Source of the DNA: Candidatus Micrarchaeia archaeon
Lineage (GTDB): Archaea; Micrarchaeota; Micrarchaeia; Burarchaeales; Fermentimicrarchaeaceae
DNA: 64,000 nt
Direction: 5' to 3'
Assembly: GCA_038871515.1 (NCBI GenBank)
Contig: JAVZHX010000001.1
Span: forward strand, 416,001-480,000
Part shown: positions 1-8,952 of the stretch, piece by piece
Layout of the letters: each line of letters begins with the position of its first letter
Numbering within the stretch: position 1 is the stretch's first letter
Position numbers and translations under genes: made by a program
Notes under the pieces: generated by a model
What the model saw: only the letters and a program-made list of their open reading frames with translations
What the model was told of the DNA's origin: nothing
Databases searched by the model: none

Positions 1-126
1 CGCTTCAGTGTCTGCGATGGTTAGTATATCCTGCTTTGATTTGAAAGTTGTTTTCATTTTTCTCCTGAAGTGCTTCATTATAACTCCTCCTGCTTTCTCT
101 GCTGTTGTCAAAGCAAATTCTATCAT
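1..126 (-). CDS. Inositol monophosphatase family protein, N-terminal part (runs off the window)
   Basis: Manual translation MIEFALTTAEKAGGVIMKHFRRKMKTTFKSKQDILTIADTEA matches the IMPase N-terminal pattern (A..AG..I, D..T.AD..E). Not in the ORF track. Confidence 0.65.
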   Translation of the reverse strand, partial: MIEFALTTAEKAGGVIMKHFRRKMKTTFKSKQDILTIADTEA

Positions 127-137
127 TCTTTCACCAG

Positions 138-225
138 CGGGCCCGGAGGGATTCGAACCCTCAAACCAACTGGTCCGAAGCCTTGCGAGTTGCCTAGTCG
201 CGCTATCCAGTTGCGCCACGGGCCC
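138..225 (-). tRNA. tRNA-Arg(TCG) with a 13-nt non-canonical intron at 29/30 (183-195)
   Basis: Acceptor stem GGGCCCG/CGGGCCC, D-stem GCGC/GCGC, T-arm GAGGG-TTCGAAT-CCCTC. Removing AGGCAACTCGCAA restores the anticodon arm ACTGG-CT-TCG-GA-CCAGT. CCA is not encoded. Confidence 0.93.
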
Positions 226-249
226 CATAAATTTAGGGAAGTAGGTTAA

Positions 250-960
250 TTAACTCTTTTTCCTTCCAACCAAGTTTATGTAAATTGCTGATTCTTCTTT
301 TCCATTAATTTCAAGCAAGGAGTTGATTTGTTCCTCTGAGAAAGCGCCTATTGGGACAGAAGCAAGGTTGAGGGAAGTTGCTTCAAGCAGCAAGTTTTGG
401 CTGATGTGCCCTGCTTCAATGTAAATATATCTTTCTCCTCTTTCACCATATTTTGCTTTTGTTCTTTCAAAAACAGCGGTGAAGATGAAAACTATTGCGG
501 CATCCCTTACTGGTTGTTGGTTGGAAGCAGCGTAAAGCTTCTTGCTGAAATCCCCTTCTTTTAGAAGCTCAAGTGAGTGCTCTCTTACGTTGTAGTGGTA
601 TATTCCCTTGCTCAAATTTTCAACTCTGTTGACAGCTAGGTATATCTCTATTGGGTAGAGGGCGCCTGCGCTTGGCGCTGTTCTAAATCCTTTTTCTTTG
701 TCTGTAATTCCTTGTGCTGAAAAGAGCAGTTGGGAGAGCTCACTGAGAGTTATCTCATCGCTTCCAAATTCCCGTATTGTCCTTCTTTCAGCAAGCGCTT
801 TTTCAAGTGTCATCCCTTGGTAGTTTGGTGGGGGGAGAGGGAACTTCTGAGCTGAGGGGTAGGTTTTGTATTGCTGTTGAGCCGGCATATTCAGCGAGGT
901 ATGAAGGAGCAGCGCTAGAATAAGCAGGAAGAGGAGGGTTATTGCAAGTATTTTTTCCAT
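250..960 (-). CDS. SagB/ThcOx-family nitroreductase-like dehydrogenase with N-terminal hydrophobic anchor or signal
   Basis: Motifs RRTIREF, RTAPSAGALYP, EAGHISQN. Confidence 0.85.
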   Translation of the reverse strand: MEKILAITLLFLLILALLLHTSLNMPAQQQYKTYPSAQKFPLPPPNYQGMTLEKALAERRTIREFGSDEITLSELSQLLFSAQGITDKEKGFRTAPSAGALYPIEIYLAVNRVENLSKGIYHYNVREHSLELLKEGDFSKKLYAASNQQPVRDAAIVFIFTAVFERTKAKYGERGERYIYIEAGHISQNLLLEATSLNLASVPIGAFSEEQINSLLEINGKEESAIYINLVGRKKS

Positions 961-983
961 AAGAATATGTTGTTTATTATTAA

Positions 984-1868
984 TTATTTAGTGAGAACCC
1001 GCGCTGCATCTTTTTCAACAACCACTGTTAATTCTGCTTGGGAAACAATCCCCTTTCCGGCGTCTTTTAAAACAGGGTATTGTTTCAACGCGCCAGAGAA
1101 AACAAGCTCCCTCAAAGCTGCGTGTAAAAGCAGTTTGGAGTGAAAATCCTTGTAGAGCCATCTTTCAGCAAACGGAAGTGTTTTGAAGTTTTCTTCAACG
1201 TAGTTGAGCAACCTTCTTGATTCCCTCATTCTCACTGGGAGTGGTTCGAGTAATGAGAAAATTTCAACTTGTGGTGCTTCTGAAACCCTTCCCTCTCCGT
1301 TGGTTGCAAATGGCTCTATCGCAAGCACCATTCCCTCCTGAAGTTGATTTGGGTCTTTGTTTGCAATGTTTGGTATTTCTACTCCTGCGTGCAGGTTGTA
1401 TTCGCCAAGCGCATGCCCAGTTAGGTTTTCTATTGGTTTGAAGCCAAACCCCTTTATCGCAACCTCAACCTCTGCTCCAATGTCGCCAAGCTTCGCGCCA
1501 GCGTGAATTGAGCAGATTGCTGCATCAAGCGCTTTTTCGGCTGCTTCAACAAGCTTGCCGTTTTCATTTGATAAGTCAACAGTAAGCGCATTATCACCGA
1601 TAAAACCATCTATATGAACTCCTATGTCAAGCTTGACAATGTCTTTCTCGCCAATTGTTGAAGTTGAATCCTTCTCTGGTGTGAAGTGGGCTGCAATTTC
1701 GTTTATTGAGATGTTGGGTGGAAAAGCTGGCTTTGCTCCCTTCTCCGCAATTTTTCTTTCAGCAGTTTCTGCTATTTCAAGCAGTTTTGCACCTGGTTTG
1801 ATGAGCTGCTTGCACTCCTGTAGAACTTCAAAAGCAATCCTTCCTGCTTTCTCGTATTTTTCAATCAT
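984..1868 (-). CDS. map: Type II methionine aminopeptidase
   Basis: Motifs AAHFTP, KLDIGVHIDG, NLTGH, AIEPFAT. Confidence 0.95.
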   Translation of the reverse strand: MIEKYEKAGRIAFEVLQECKQLIKPGAKLLEIAETAERKIAEKGAKPAFPPNISINEIAAHFTPEKDSTSTIGEKDIVKLDIGVHIDGFIGDNALTVDLSNENGKLVEAAEKALDAAICSIHAGAKLGDIGAEVEVAIKGFGFKPIENLTGHALGEYNLHAGVEIPNIANKDPNQLQEGMVLAIEPFATNGEGRVSEAPQVEIFSLLEPLPVRMRESRRLLNYVEENFKTLPFAERWLYKDFHSKLLLHAALRELVFSGALKQYPVLKDAGKGIVSQAELTVVVEKDAARVLTK

Positions 1869-2509
1869 TTTCTCAACTCCTGAAGGATGGGGATGAGCTC
1901 CTTTATAGCAGTTATATTGTAGTCCGCGTTGTTTTTCTTTTTTGAGAGAAGGACAGTGGTTATACCAGCTTCTTTTGCTGGTTCAATGTCTTTCTCAACG
2001 CTATCCCCAACCATCACAACATCATGTGGTTGCATTCTCAGTTTTTTCAAAATAGAAGAGTAGAATTTTTTTGTTTTTTTCGGAGTGACAAAAACATAAT
2101 GGAATAGGTTATGGAGTCCTAGGCGTATTAGCTTGTCCCATTGCTTTATCGCCCTTCCCTCAGAAGCAACGCAGATTGTGTAGCCCTGCTCGCGGAGTTG
2201 AATAACTGTTTTCGGCACGTCTGGGAAAGGGAAGATGCTGGCTTTTGTTTGGTGGTATGCGACAACTCCTGCTGCAATTATTTTTGGTTCTGATTTCTTT
2301 CCAAGCTCGCGCAGCAGAGCGTTGAAGTGTTTTGGGTAATTCGGTCCGTATTTGTTTATTATTTTCAGAAGTTTTCTGTAAGCAGCTTCCTCATCAACAT
2401 CCAAGCCAGCGGCGATCATTGCGTTTAATGCATTCTTTCTAGCAAGCTCAGCAAATTCAGAGGAGGGAAAAAGTGTGTTGTCAATGTCAAATAATATTGC
2501 TTTAACCAT
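1865..2509 (-). CDS. HAD-superfamily hydrolase
   Basis: FDIDNTL and VMVGDS..KDI motifs. Start moved to MVKAILF, which avoids a long overlap with polB. Confidence 0.85.
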   Translation of the reverse strand: MVKAILFDIDNTLFPSSEFAELARKNALNAMIAAGLDVDEEAAYRKLLKIINKYGPNYPKHFNALLRELGKKSEPKIIAAGVVAYHQTKASIFPFPDVPKTVIQLREQGYTICVASEGRAIKQWDKLIRLGLHNLFHYVFVTPKKTKKFYSSILKKLRMQPHDVVMVGDSVEKDIEPAKEAGITTVLLSKKKNNADYNITAIKELIPILQELRK

Positions 2510-4886
2510 GCCAGTCACCCAGAACGGATTGCTTTCCTCCAAATACCAAATCCTCCTTCTTAACTCCAAGCTCTCGGAGAATTTTTAGAACGGCTGGTAT
2601 AACCTGATGTTCAATATAGTAAACTGCATCATAGTCTTTTGCAAGCTCTGCTGGAACTGCTTTTTCAGAGATGCTTGCTCCTTTCTTTGTGATTACGTAG
2701 CCAACAAGCGAGCCCTCCTCAACATGTATTCCTGCGCTGAGCGCTTTCTTCGCAGCCTCAAGCTCAGGGGAGGTAACCTCATATTTTCCGATGCTTTTCT
2801 TTAATTGAGTGTATATAACAAGCTCGTCAAGCGGTGTTCTTCCTTCCCTCAGCTCATTTATTTTATCCCTCACTATTTTCAGGGCTTTCTCCTTGCTTCC
2901 TTCCTTGAGAATTGCCTCAAGCACCTGCTGCTGAACTTTTTTTGCAACTCCCGCCCAGTCCCTTCTCACAAGCTCAAAGCCACGTATTTTTATCCTTCCA
3001 TCCTCTCCAATTAATGCGTATTTCTTCTTCGCTCCTTTTGCCTCTGATTTCTTGCTAACGAAAACCCCGCGGGAATAGAACCCTTCAAGCTCAAGCTCCA
3101 TTTTCTCAGGAAGCTCATTGTTTATTTTTTTCACAAATTCAAGCGCATCCTTCTTTGTTTTCTCTCCAAGCAACAGCATTAAAGAATCTGTATCGCCGTA
3201 TAGAACTTTGAAGCCAGCTTCCTCTGCTTTTCTCATTGTTTCCTGTATATAGTGCCTTCCCCAAGCAGTTGTGCTCTCGCCGGCTTCTTTGGAATACCAG
3301 CGGGAGCGTGGGTAGAGCAGATAGCCATAGAAGGAGTTTGCAGTTATTTTCAGTGCCTGTTGCTGTGCGTCAAGCTGGATGTATTCCTCTGTCCCTGGCT
3401 TCATGGACTTCATCTTTTTCTTAATCTCTGCTCTTTTTTGCAGAAGCTCCTCAAGCACTTTTGGGATGAGCCCCTTCTTCTTTTTGCAGAAGCGGTGCCC
3501 AACTGGTGAAAGATAGGAGTCCTTTCCACAGCAGGAGCAGTTCAGAGTGAATGGGTCAACGTTGTGCGAGATGATTATAGATGGATATAGGGAGCGGAAG
3601 TCAAAAACAGCCAAATTTTCATAGATGCCTGGCTCAGGCATTTTCACAAACGCTCCAACTGCTGGCGAGGCAGCCCTTGCAGCAATCTCCTCCTCCTTTG
3701 GCTGGTTTGGCACAATGATGTTCTCCCAGTGGGCCCTGTTGATGAGGAGCTGCTCAACAATTGTTCCTGTTGATGAGCCGCAGATGTCAAAGAGGGGAAC
3801 TTTGGATAGTTTGGAAATTTCAAACTCCATTGGGAGGAGCTGTTCCGCAAGCTCCTTAACTGCAACAGCATCATTTAATGAATACTCGGCAAGCTCCCCA
3901 CATTTTTTTTCATCATCCCAGTACTTCCAGATTTCAATTTTTGGGATTGATTTTTTGGTTTTTCCAGTAAGCTCGGAGTAAACTTCTGAGAGTGTGAATT
4001 GGAATGTTTTTAATGCTCCGATGGTTGCGAGGAAGCGGATAATGTGAAATAAATCTATGTGAACTCTTCCTGTTATTTTTGCTTTTGTTATTAACCCTCT
4101 TCTGTGCAACCTGAAGCTTGAGCCATCCCTCCCAAGCGAGAGTTGTGTTTTCAAAACAGCTGCCCTCTCCTTCAAGTATGGTAAATCAAACTGGCTGGAG
4201 TTGTAGCCGATGAGAATTTCGGTGTTTGTTTCCTTTACCAGCTGGCAGAATTTCTCAATCATTTCCTTCTCATCCTTGCAGTGAGTGATGAATGGTTTGT
4301 TTATTCTTTTTGTTGTAAAGACACCTGAGGAGGAGTTGGCGTAGCTTATCATCAGTATTGGGTCCTTGGTGGGGCGAGGGGCTCCTTGTGGGTTGTAGGT
4401 TTCGATGTCAAATGCAAGTGTGTTGAATTTCAAGGGAGTTTCCTGTGTTTTTGTTATTCTTTTTAACTCCTTTCCTTCTCTCTCAAATTTTATTGTTGTT
4501 AGTGGGGTGAGCCCTTTGTCTATTATGTATCTTCTTGTGAATGGGATGTTGTGCTCGTAGGTTGTGCCGAGTTTTTTAACTTCCTCGCGTATAACTGGCA
4601 CGTGTCTTGGGTGGTTGCAGATTATCTTGAGCAGCTCCTTTTCCTTCCCAAGAAGAATTTTTCTAACTTTTTCAACTCTTTTTGGCTTGATTGTTTCGTT
4701 TTTTTCCTCAACTACGAGCTGTTCAATAGTTTTTTTTGTTGAGTCAATTTCATCAGCATCCAAATAGAAATACGGCTCAAAGTTGCTGTCGTATATCCTG
4801 AAAAATCTTTTTCCTTTGAAAACTAGTGAGATAACCGGTTTGTTGCCCTTTGTCTTGTAGGTTACGTCAATGAGGATGCCTCTCAT
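2502..4886 (-). CDS. polB: Family B DNA polymerase
   Basis: Exonuclease FDIETY; polymerase DFRSLYPS, KITANSFYGY, YGDTDS. Confidence 0.97.
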   Translation of the reverse strand: MRGILIDVTYKTKGNKPVISLVFKGKRFFRIYDSNFEPYFYLDADEIDSTKKTIEQLVVEEKNETIKPKRVEKVRKILLGKEKELLKIICNHPRHVPVIREEVKKLGTTYEHNIPFTRRYIIDKGLTPLTTIKFEREGKELKRITKTQETPLKFNTLAFDIETYNPQGAPRPTKDPILMISYANSSSGVFTTKRINKPFITHCKDEKEMIEKFCQLVKETNTEILIGYNSSQFDLPYLKERAAVLKTQLSLGRDGSSFRLHRRGLITKAKITGRVHIDLFHIIRFLATIGALKTFQFTLSEVYSELTGKTKKSIPKIEIWKYWDDEKKCGELAEYSLNDAVAVKELAEQLLPMEFEISKLSKVPLFDICGSSTGTIVEQLLINRAHWENIIVPNQPKEEEIAARAASPAVGAFVKMPEPGIYENLAVFDFRSLYPSIIISHNVDPFTLNCSCCGKDSYLSPVGHRFCKKKKGLIPKVLEELLQKRAEIKKKMKSMKPGTEEYIQLDAQQQALKITANSFYGYLLYPRSRWYSKEAGESTTAWGRHYIQETMRKAEEAGFKVLYGDTDSLMLLLGEKTKKDALEFVKKINNELPEKMELELEGFYSRGVFVSKKSEAKGAKKKYALIGEDGRIKIRGFELVRRDWAGVAKKVQQQVLEAILKEGSKEKALKIVRDKINELREGRTPLDELVIYTQLKKSIGKYEVTSPELEAAKKALSAGIHVEEGSLVGYVITKKGASISEKAVPAELAKDYDAVYYIEHQVIPAVLKILRELGVKKEDLVFGGKQSVLGDWHG

Positions 4887-4924
4887 GTTATTGATTTTTT
4901 AATCTAACCAATTAAAAACGTATC

Positions 4925-5575
4925 ATGAGGGGAAGGTTGAATGCTGCAAGGAAAGCGCTGGAGTATGTGAAAGAGGGGATGGTTGTTGGTTTGGGGACGG
5001 GCAGAACTGCGGAGTTATTTGTAAAGTTGTTGGGGAGGAGTGGGAGGAAAGTTATAGGGGTTCCGACTTCAAAAAGAAGCGAGAGGGTTGCTAGAAAGGT
5101 TGGGTTGGTTGTGAAGGAGTTGAACGAAGTGGAAAGGATTGATTTGGCGGTTGATGGGGCGGATCAGGTTGATAAAAAATTGAATTTGATTAAAGGGTAT
5201 GGTGGCGCTCTGTTCAGGGAGAAGGTTGTTGATTATGCGGCAAAAAAGTTTTTGGTTGCTGTTGATGAGAGCAAGTTGAGGGAGGAGCTGGGGGGGTGGG
5301 TGCCGTTGGAGGTTGCTCCTTTTGCAGTTGAGCAGGTGAGAAGGGAGTTGAGAAGAAGGGGAGTTGAGTCAAGGGTGAGGAGGAAGGGGAGGAGAGTGTT
5401 TGTGACTGATAATGGTAATTTGATTGTTGATGCTTATTTTGAAAAAGTGAAAAAACCGGAGAAGGTGCATGAGATGTTGAAGGGAATCCCTGGGGTGATT
5501 GAAACTGGTTTGTTTTTTGGAAAGAAGTGGAAGGTGGTTGTGGGAAGTGAGAGGGGGGCGAGAGTTTTAGGGTGA
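4925..5575 (+). CDS. rpiA: Ribose-5-phosphate isomerase A
   Basis: Motifs GLGTGRT, DGADQV, KGYGGAL.REK, TDNGN. Confidence 0.95.
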   Translation: MRGRLNAARKALEYVKEGMVVGLGTGRTAELFVKLLGRSGRKVIGVPTSKRSERVARKVGLVVKELNEVERIDLAVDGADQVDKKLNLIKGYGGALFREKVVDYAAKKFLVAVDESKLREELGGWVPLEVAPFAVEQVRRELRRRGVESRVRRKGRRVFVTDNGNLIVDAYFEKVKKPEKVHEMLKGIPGVIETGLFFGKKWKVVVGSERGARVLG

Positions 5576-5579
5576 GGTT

Positions 5580-6080
5580 ATGAGAAAACTTCCTGAGAGT
5601 TTAAGAGGTGAGTTGAGAAGGCCGTTTGGGAGAGTTGTGAACACTGAACAGCTTATCTCTGAGTTGAAAGGAAAAGATGTGTTTCTTGTTTCTGTTGGTG
5701 ATGAGTGCTCGTATGAGTTGATAAAAAATAATGTGAAGCCGGATGTTGTGATTTATGATTTGAAAATAAAGAGGAGGGATGTGATTGGTAAAGTAAGGGA
5801 GGTGTTGGATGAGTTTGATGAAAAGCCAACAATAGTTCACAATCCCCCTGGTGTGATAATGGATGAGTTGATTGAAACTGTGAAGGAGATGGTTGAAAGA
5901 AGGAGTGGTAAGATGCTTGTGAAAGGGGAGGAGGATTTGGCTGCGCTTGTTGTGATGATGTATGCTCCAAATGGCGCGGTGGTTGTTTATGGACAGCCAG
6001 ATGAGGGGGCGGTTCTTGTTGAGATGAATGATGAGGTAAGGGAGAGAGCGGTAAGGGCGTATGAAAGTATGGAGGAGTGA
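5580..6080 (+). CDS. DUF359-family GTP-dependent dephospho-CoA kinase
   Basis: Motifs VGD, D.KIKR, NPPG.I, GEEDL, YGQP..G. Confidence 0.85.
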   Translation: MRKLPESLRGELRRPFGRVVNTEQLISELKGKDVFLVSVGDECSYELIKNNVKPDVVIYDLKIKRRDVIGKVREVLDEFDEKPTIVHNPPGVIMDELIETVKEMVERRSGKMLVKGEEDLAALVVMMYAPNGAVVVYGQPDEGAVLVEMNDEVRERAVRAYESMEE

Positions 6081-7219
6081 GTATGGAGGAGCTGAGGGTT
6101 ATTAATTTCCTAGATGCGTTCATCGCAAATGCTCTGTCTGTGCTGATTCCACTTATTCTTATTGCGAGAGGAGTTGATGTTGTTGGGGTTGGTTTTGTTG
6201 TTTCTATTTCTCCGGTTGTTTTTGTTGTTTCAAGAAGTGTTTTTGCTGCTTTGTCAGATCAGAGGGGAGTGAAGGAGTTTTTTGTTCTGAATGGGTTTAT
6301 GAATGTGGTTGCGGTTGCTGTTTATATGGTTGCGAATACGCCGCTGATGTTTTCTGTTGGAAAGATGTTTGAGGGGGTGAGGAATGGGGCGATATGGGCG
6401 GTGAATAGAACTGCGGTGATTTATAAGAAAGGGAAGGAGAGAGCTGCTGAGGAGATGTCAAAAATTCAAGCAATCAGGACGGCTTCTGCTGCGTTTGGAA
6501 TTGTGGTGGTTGGTTTATTGTTGCAGAGTTATTCGTTTGATGTGGCGCTGCTCTTCTTCATTGTACTGAGTTTTGTGCTTCTTGGGGTGAGTTTCTTAAC
6601 TCAGGGAAGGAGGAAGTCAAAAATTAAGTTTAAGAGGTTGTTTGAGCAGCTTGATTTCAGAAGCAAAAGTGAAGTTTTGAAGAGGACGAGCCTTGTGCTG
6701 GTTTTTCAGTCGGTTGCAACAAACACGTTGCTTTCCTTGGTTTTTCCTCTTTTTTTGAAGGAGATGGAGTGTGATTATTGGTTGATTGGTTTTGTGATTG
6801 CGGTGTATTACTTGGTGAGCGCTGTTGTTGCATTCCTGCTTTCAAAAAAGAATGTGATATCTCTTTTTGTTTATTTGTGGTTGGGTGCTTTCCTTTTCTT
6901 TTTCGGGGCGGTTGTTACTCCGTTTCTGTGGGGAGCGTGGGCGATTCCTTTTATTCTGTTGATGGGGGTTGGGGATGGAATGAGTATGCCTGTTTGGGAG
7001 GTGTTGGTTTTCAATTCATTAAGAAGCAAGAATGATGTTTCAAGTGATATCGCGCTTGTCCACACACCGCCAAATCTTTTGAATTCGGTTGGTGTTATCG
7101 TTGCTGGTTTGTTGATTAAGGTGTTTGGTTATTGGGTTGTTTTTGTGTTGTGTGGTGTTTTGTTTGTTCTATTTGCTTACTTTTCATCAAAAATCTTGAA
7201 GGGTTGTTGGGAGGTTTAA
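6077..7219 (+). CDS. MFS transporter
   Basis: Many hydrophobic segments over 380 aa; LSDQRG resembles MFS motif A. Confidence 0.75.
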   Translation: MSMEELRVINFLDAFIANALSVLIPLILIARGVDVVGVGFVVSISPVVFVVSRSVFAALSDQRGVKEFFVLNGFMNVVAVAVYMVANTPLMFSVGKMFEGVRNGAIWAVNRTAVIYKKGKERAAEEMSKIQAIRTASAAFGIVVVGLLLQSYSFDVALLFFIVLSFVLLGVSFLTQGRRKSKIKFKRLFEQLDFRSKSEVLKRTSLVLVFQSVATNTLLSLVFPLFLKEMECDYWLIGFVIAVYYLVSAVVAFLLSKKNVISLFVYLWLGAFLFFFGAVVTPFLWGAWAIPFILLMGVGDGMSMPVWEVLVFNSLRSKNDVSSDIALVHTPPNLLNSVGVIVAGLLIKVFGYWVVFVLCGVLFVLFAYFSSKILKGCWEV

Positions 7220-7599
7220 GGTTTGTCTGAGTTTTTGTATTTTTTGTAAAGCTCATTAACTGTTCTTTCATCAATCCTTTTATCAAAATAAGCATGAGGT
7301 AGCAATGCGCCGCTGAATGTTTTTGGTATGTGGATGAGCTCGTGAATTAAAACCTTATCTTTCTCTTCTTCAGGAAGAGAGTCAAAATGCTCTGAGAGAA
7401 CTTCAATTATGTAGTAGGTTCTGATGTCTAACGCTTTCTGCCAAATTTTTGGGAGGTTCCAGATGCGGGCGTATGCCTTTGCTTCGGAGCCTTTGGAGCG
7501 CATGCAGATTATCCGGAGGGAATTGATGTGTTCTAAATTAAGTGTTTGGATTATTTTGTTTACTCTTTCCTGAATGTCTGGAGCGAGCTCAAATTGCAT
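7216..7599 (-). CDS. Small putative metallopeptidase
   Basis: HELIH zinc motif, AYARIW, SGALLPH. Confidence 0.75.
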   Translation of the reverse strand: MQFELAPDIQERVNKIIQTLNLEHINSLRIICMRSKGSEAKAYARIWNLPKIWQKALDIRTYYIIEVLSEHFDSLPEEEKDKVLIHELIHIPKTFSGALLPHAYFDKRIDERTVNELYKKYKNSDKP

Positions 7600-7633
7600 G
7601 GTTTGTTTTTAGTATGGGGTATAATAAGGTTGT

Positions 7634-7653
7634 TTTGTAACCATGGTTACAAA
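7634..7653. repeat. Perfect 20-bp palindrome TTTGTAACCATGGTTACAAA (copy 1)
   Basis: Read directly; shares the 16-bp core TGTAACCATGGTTACA with 7795-7814. Confidence 0.9.
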
Positions 7654-7794
7654 GAAAGGGGGACCCCTTACTTCCACTATTCTACTATTTTTGTGTTGTT
7701 TGGTGTTGTTTTTTGTTTTTCTCGTCTGAGTTTTTGTTAGAAAAATAGGGGAAGTGTGGTTGGAATAGGGGTGGAGTGAAGGTATATATATCTG

Positions 7795-7814
7795 AATGTA
7801 ACCATGGTTACATT
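7795..7814. repeat. Perfect 20-bp palindrome AATGTAACCATGGTTACATT (copy 2)
   Basis: Read directly; lies between a TATA-like TATATATA (7783-7790) and the ATG at 7815. Confidence 0.9.
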
Positions 7815-8057
7815 ATGTTGTTATATCTATATGATTTGAAAATAAAAGGGAAAAAACCTTACAACAACCTTAAAAGAAGGTTCTACTACCAACTCAAAAA
7901 CTCTCCCCTCTCCACAAAACCATGGAAAACAAAATCAGCAATATTAGTGGAAGATTACCTAGAAGGAGAAGCAGACGCGTTTTTCAAAAAATTTGAGGGT
8001 TTTGTGGAGGTATACAAAGCAAAAATTGAATCAATTGAACAACTTTCAAAACCATAA
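7815..8057 (+). CDS. Small protein with Cas2/VapD-like ferredoxin-fold pattern, not CRISPR-linked
   Basis: MLLYLYDL...KRRFYYQL...KSAILV resembles the Cas2 hhhYDh / SVF pattern; fold assignment is inference. Confidence 0.5.
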   Translation: MLLYLYDLKIKGKKPYNNLKRRFYYQLKNSPLSTKPWKTKSAILVEDYLEGEADAFFKKFEGFVEVYKAKIESIEQLSKP

Positions 8058-8116
8058 TACTGGAAGTGCACCCCCACTCAAAAAGAATTAATACCCCAAC
8101 AAACCAATTCCTACTC

Positions 8117-8950
8117 ATGTACGTCACAAAAAACTACCTTAAAACACATCTCAGGAAAAGACTTGTCACCTCCCACAAAGGGCAGAACGGCCGTTTATTG
8201 GTTGTGGGAGGAAGCCGTCTCTACTTCGGCTCACCTATTCTCGTCTCGCTCGCAGCGTTCAGGACAGGGATTGATTTAGTTTACCTTCTCACCCCAGAAT
8301 ACATCTCAAAACACCTCGCCCCCCAATACCCAGACCTGATAGTATGGGGTTATGAAGGGGAATACCTAAACGAGAAAGCACTGCCTCTCTTTGAGGAGCT
8401 GAAAACAAAAACAGATGCAATGGTTATCGGAAACGGGCTTACAAAACAACCTGGCGTGCTGAAAACAACAACTAAACTACTTTCAGAATGGGATAAACCC
8501 CTTGTGATTGACGCAGATGCTGTTCAACCAAATTTGAAAACAAACTCCAAACAACTCCTCTACACCCCCCACTCAATTGAACTCTCCCGTCTGACAGGAG
8601 TTAAAACACCCGAAAATTTAAAGGAAAGGATAAAATTGGTTGAAAAAACAGCAAGGGAGCTCTCCGCAACCATCTTGTTGAAAGGAAGGCCGGATATCAT
8701 ATCTGATGGAAAACAGCTTATGTTCAACCACATCCACAACCCAGGGATGACTGTTGGAGGAACTGGGGACACCCTCGCAGGAATCGCAGGCGCACTCCTC
8801 TCGCAGAGACACACCCCATTTGAATCCGCATGCATGGCTGCTTACATAAATGGTTTGGCTGGCAACTTAGCAATGAAAAAATACGGCTACTCCTTACTCG
8901 CATCCGATTTAATAAATGAGATACCAACAATTATGAAAAAATTTCAATAA
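8117..8950 (+). CDS. nnrD: ADP-dependent NAD(P)H-hydrate dehydratase
   Basis: Motifs SHKGQNGRLLVVGGS, VIDADA, TPH..E, GGTGDTLAG. Confidence 0.9.
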   Translation: MYVTKNYLKTHLRKRLVTSHKGQNGRLLVVGGSRLYFGSPILVSLAAFRTGIDLVYLLTPEYISKHLAPQYPDLIVWGYEGEYLNEKALPLFEELKTKTDAMVIGNGLTKQPGVLKTTTKLLSEWDKPLVIDADAVQPNLKTNSKQLLYTPHSIELSRLTGVKTPENLKERIKLVEKTARELSATILLKGRPDIISDGKQLMFNHIHNPGMTVGGTGDTLAGIAGALLSQRHTPFESACMAAYINGLAGNLAMKKYGYSLLASDLINEIPTIMKKFQ

Positions 8951-8952
8951 AC

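Noticed and set aside
8..244. 78-aa plus-strand ORF
   Set aside because: Antisense to the IMPase start and tRNA-Arg; spurious.
2502..4886. Intein or inactivation in PolB
   Set aside because: Length is normal, and the catalytic motifs are intact and contiguous.
7600..8057. CRISPR array near the Cas2-like gene
   Set aside because: Only two palindromes about 160 bp apart, with no repeat-spacer periodicity and no cas1 or other cas genes in the window.
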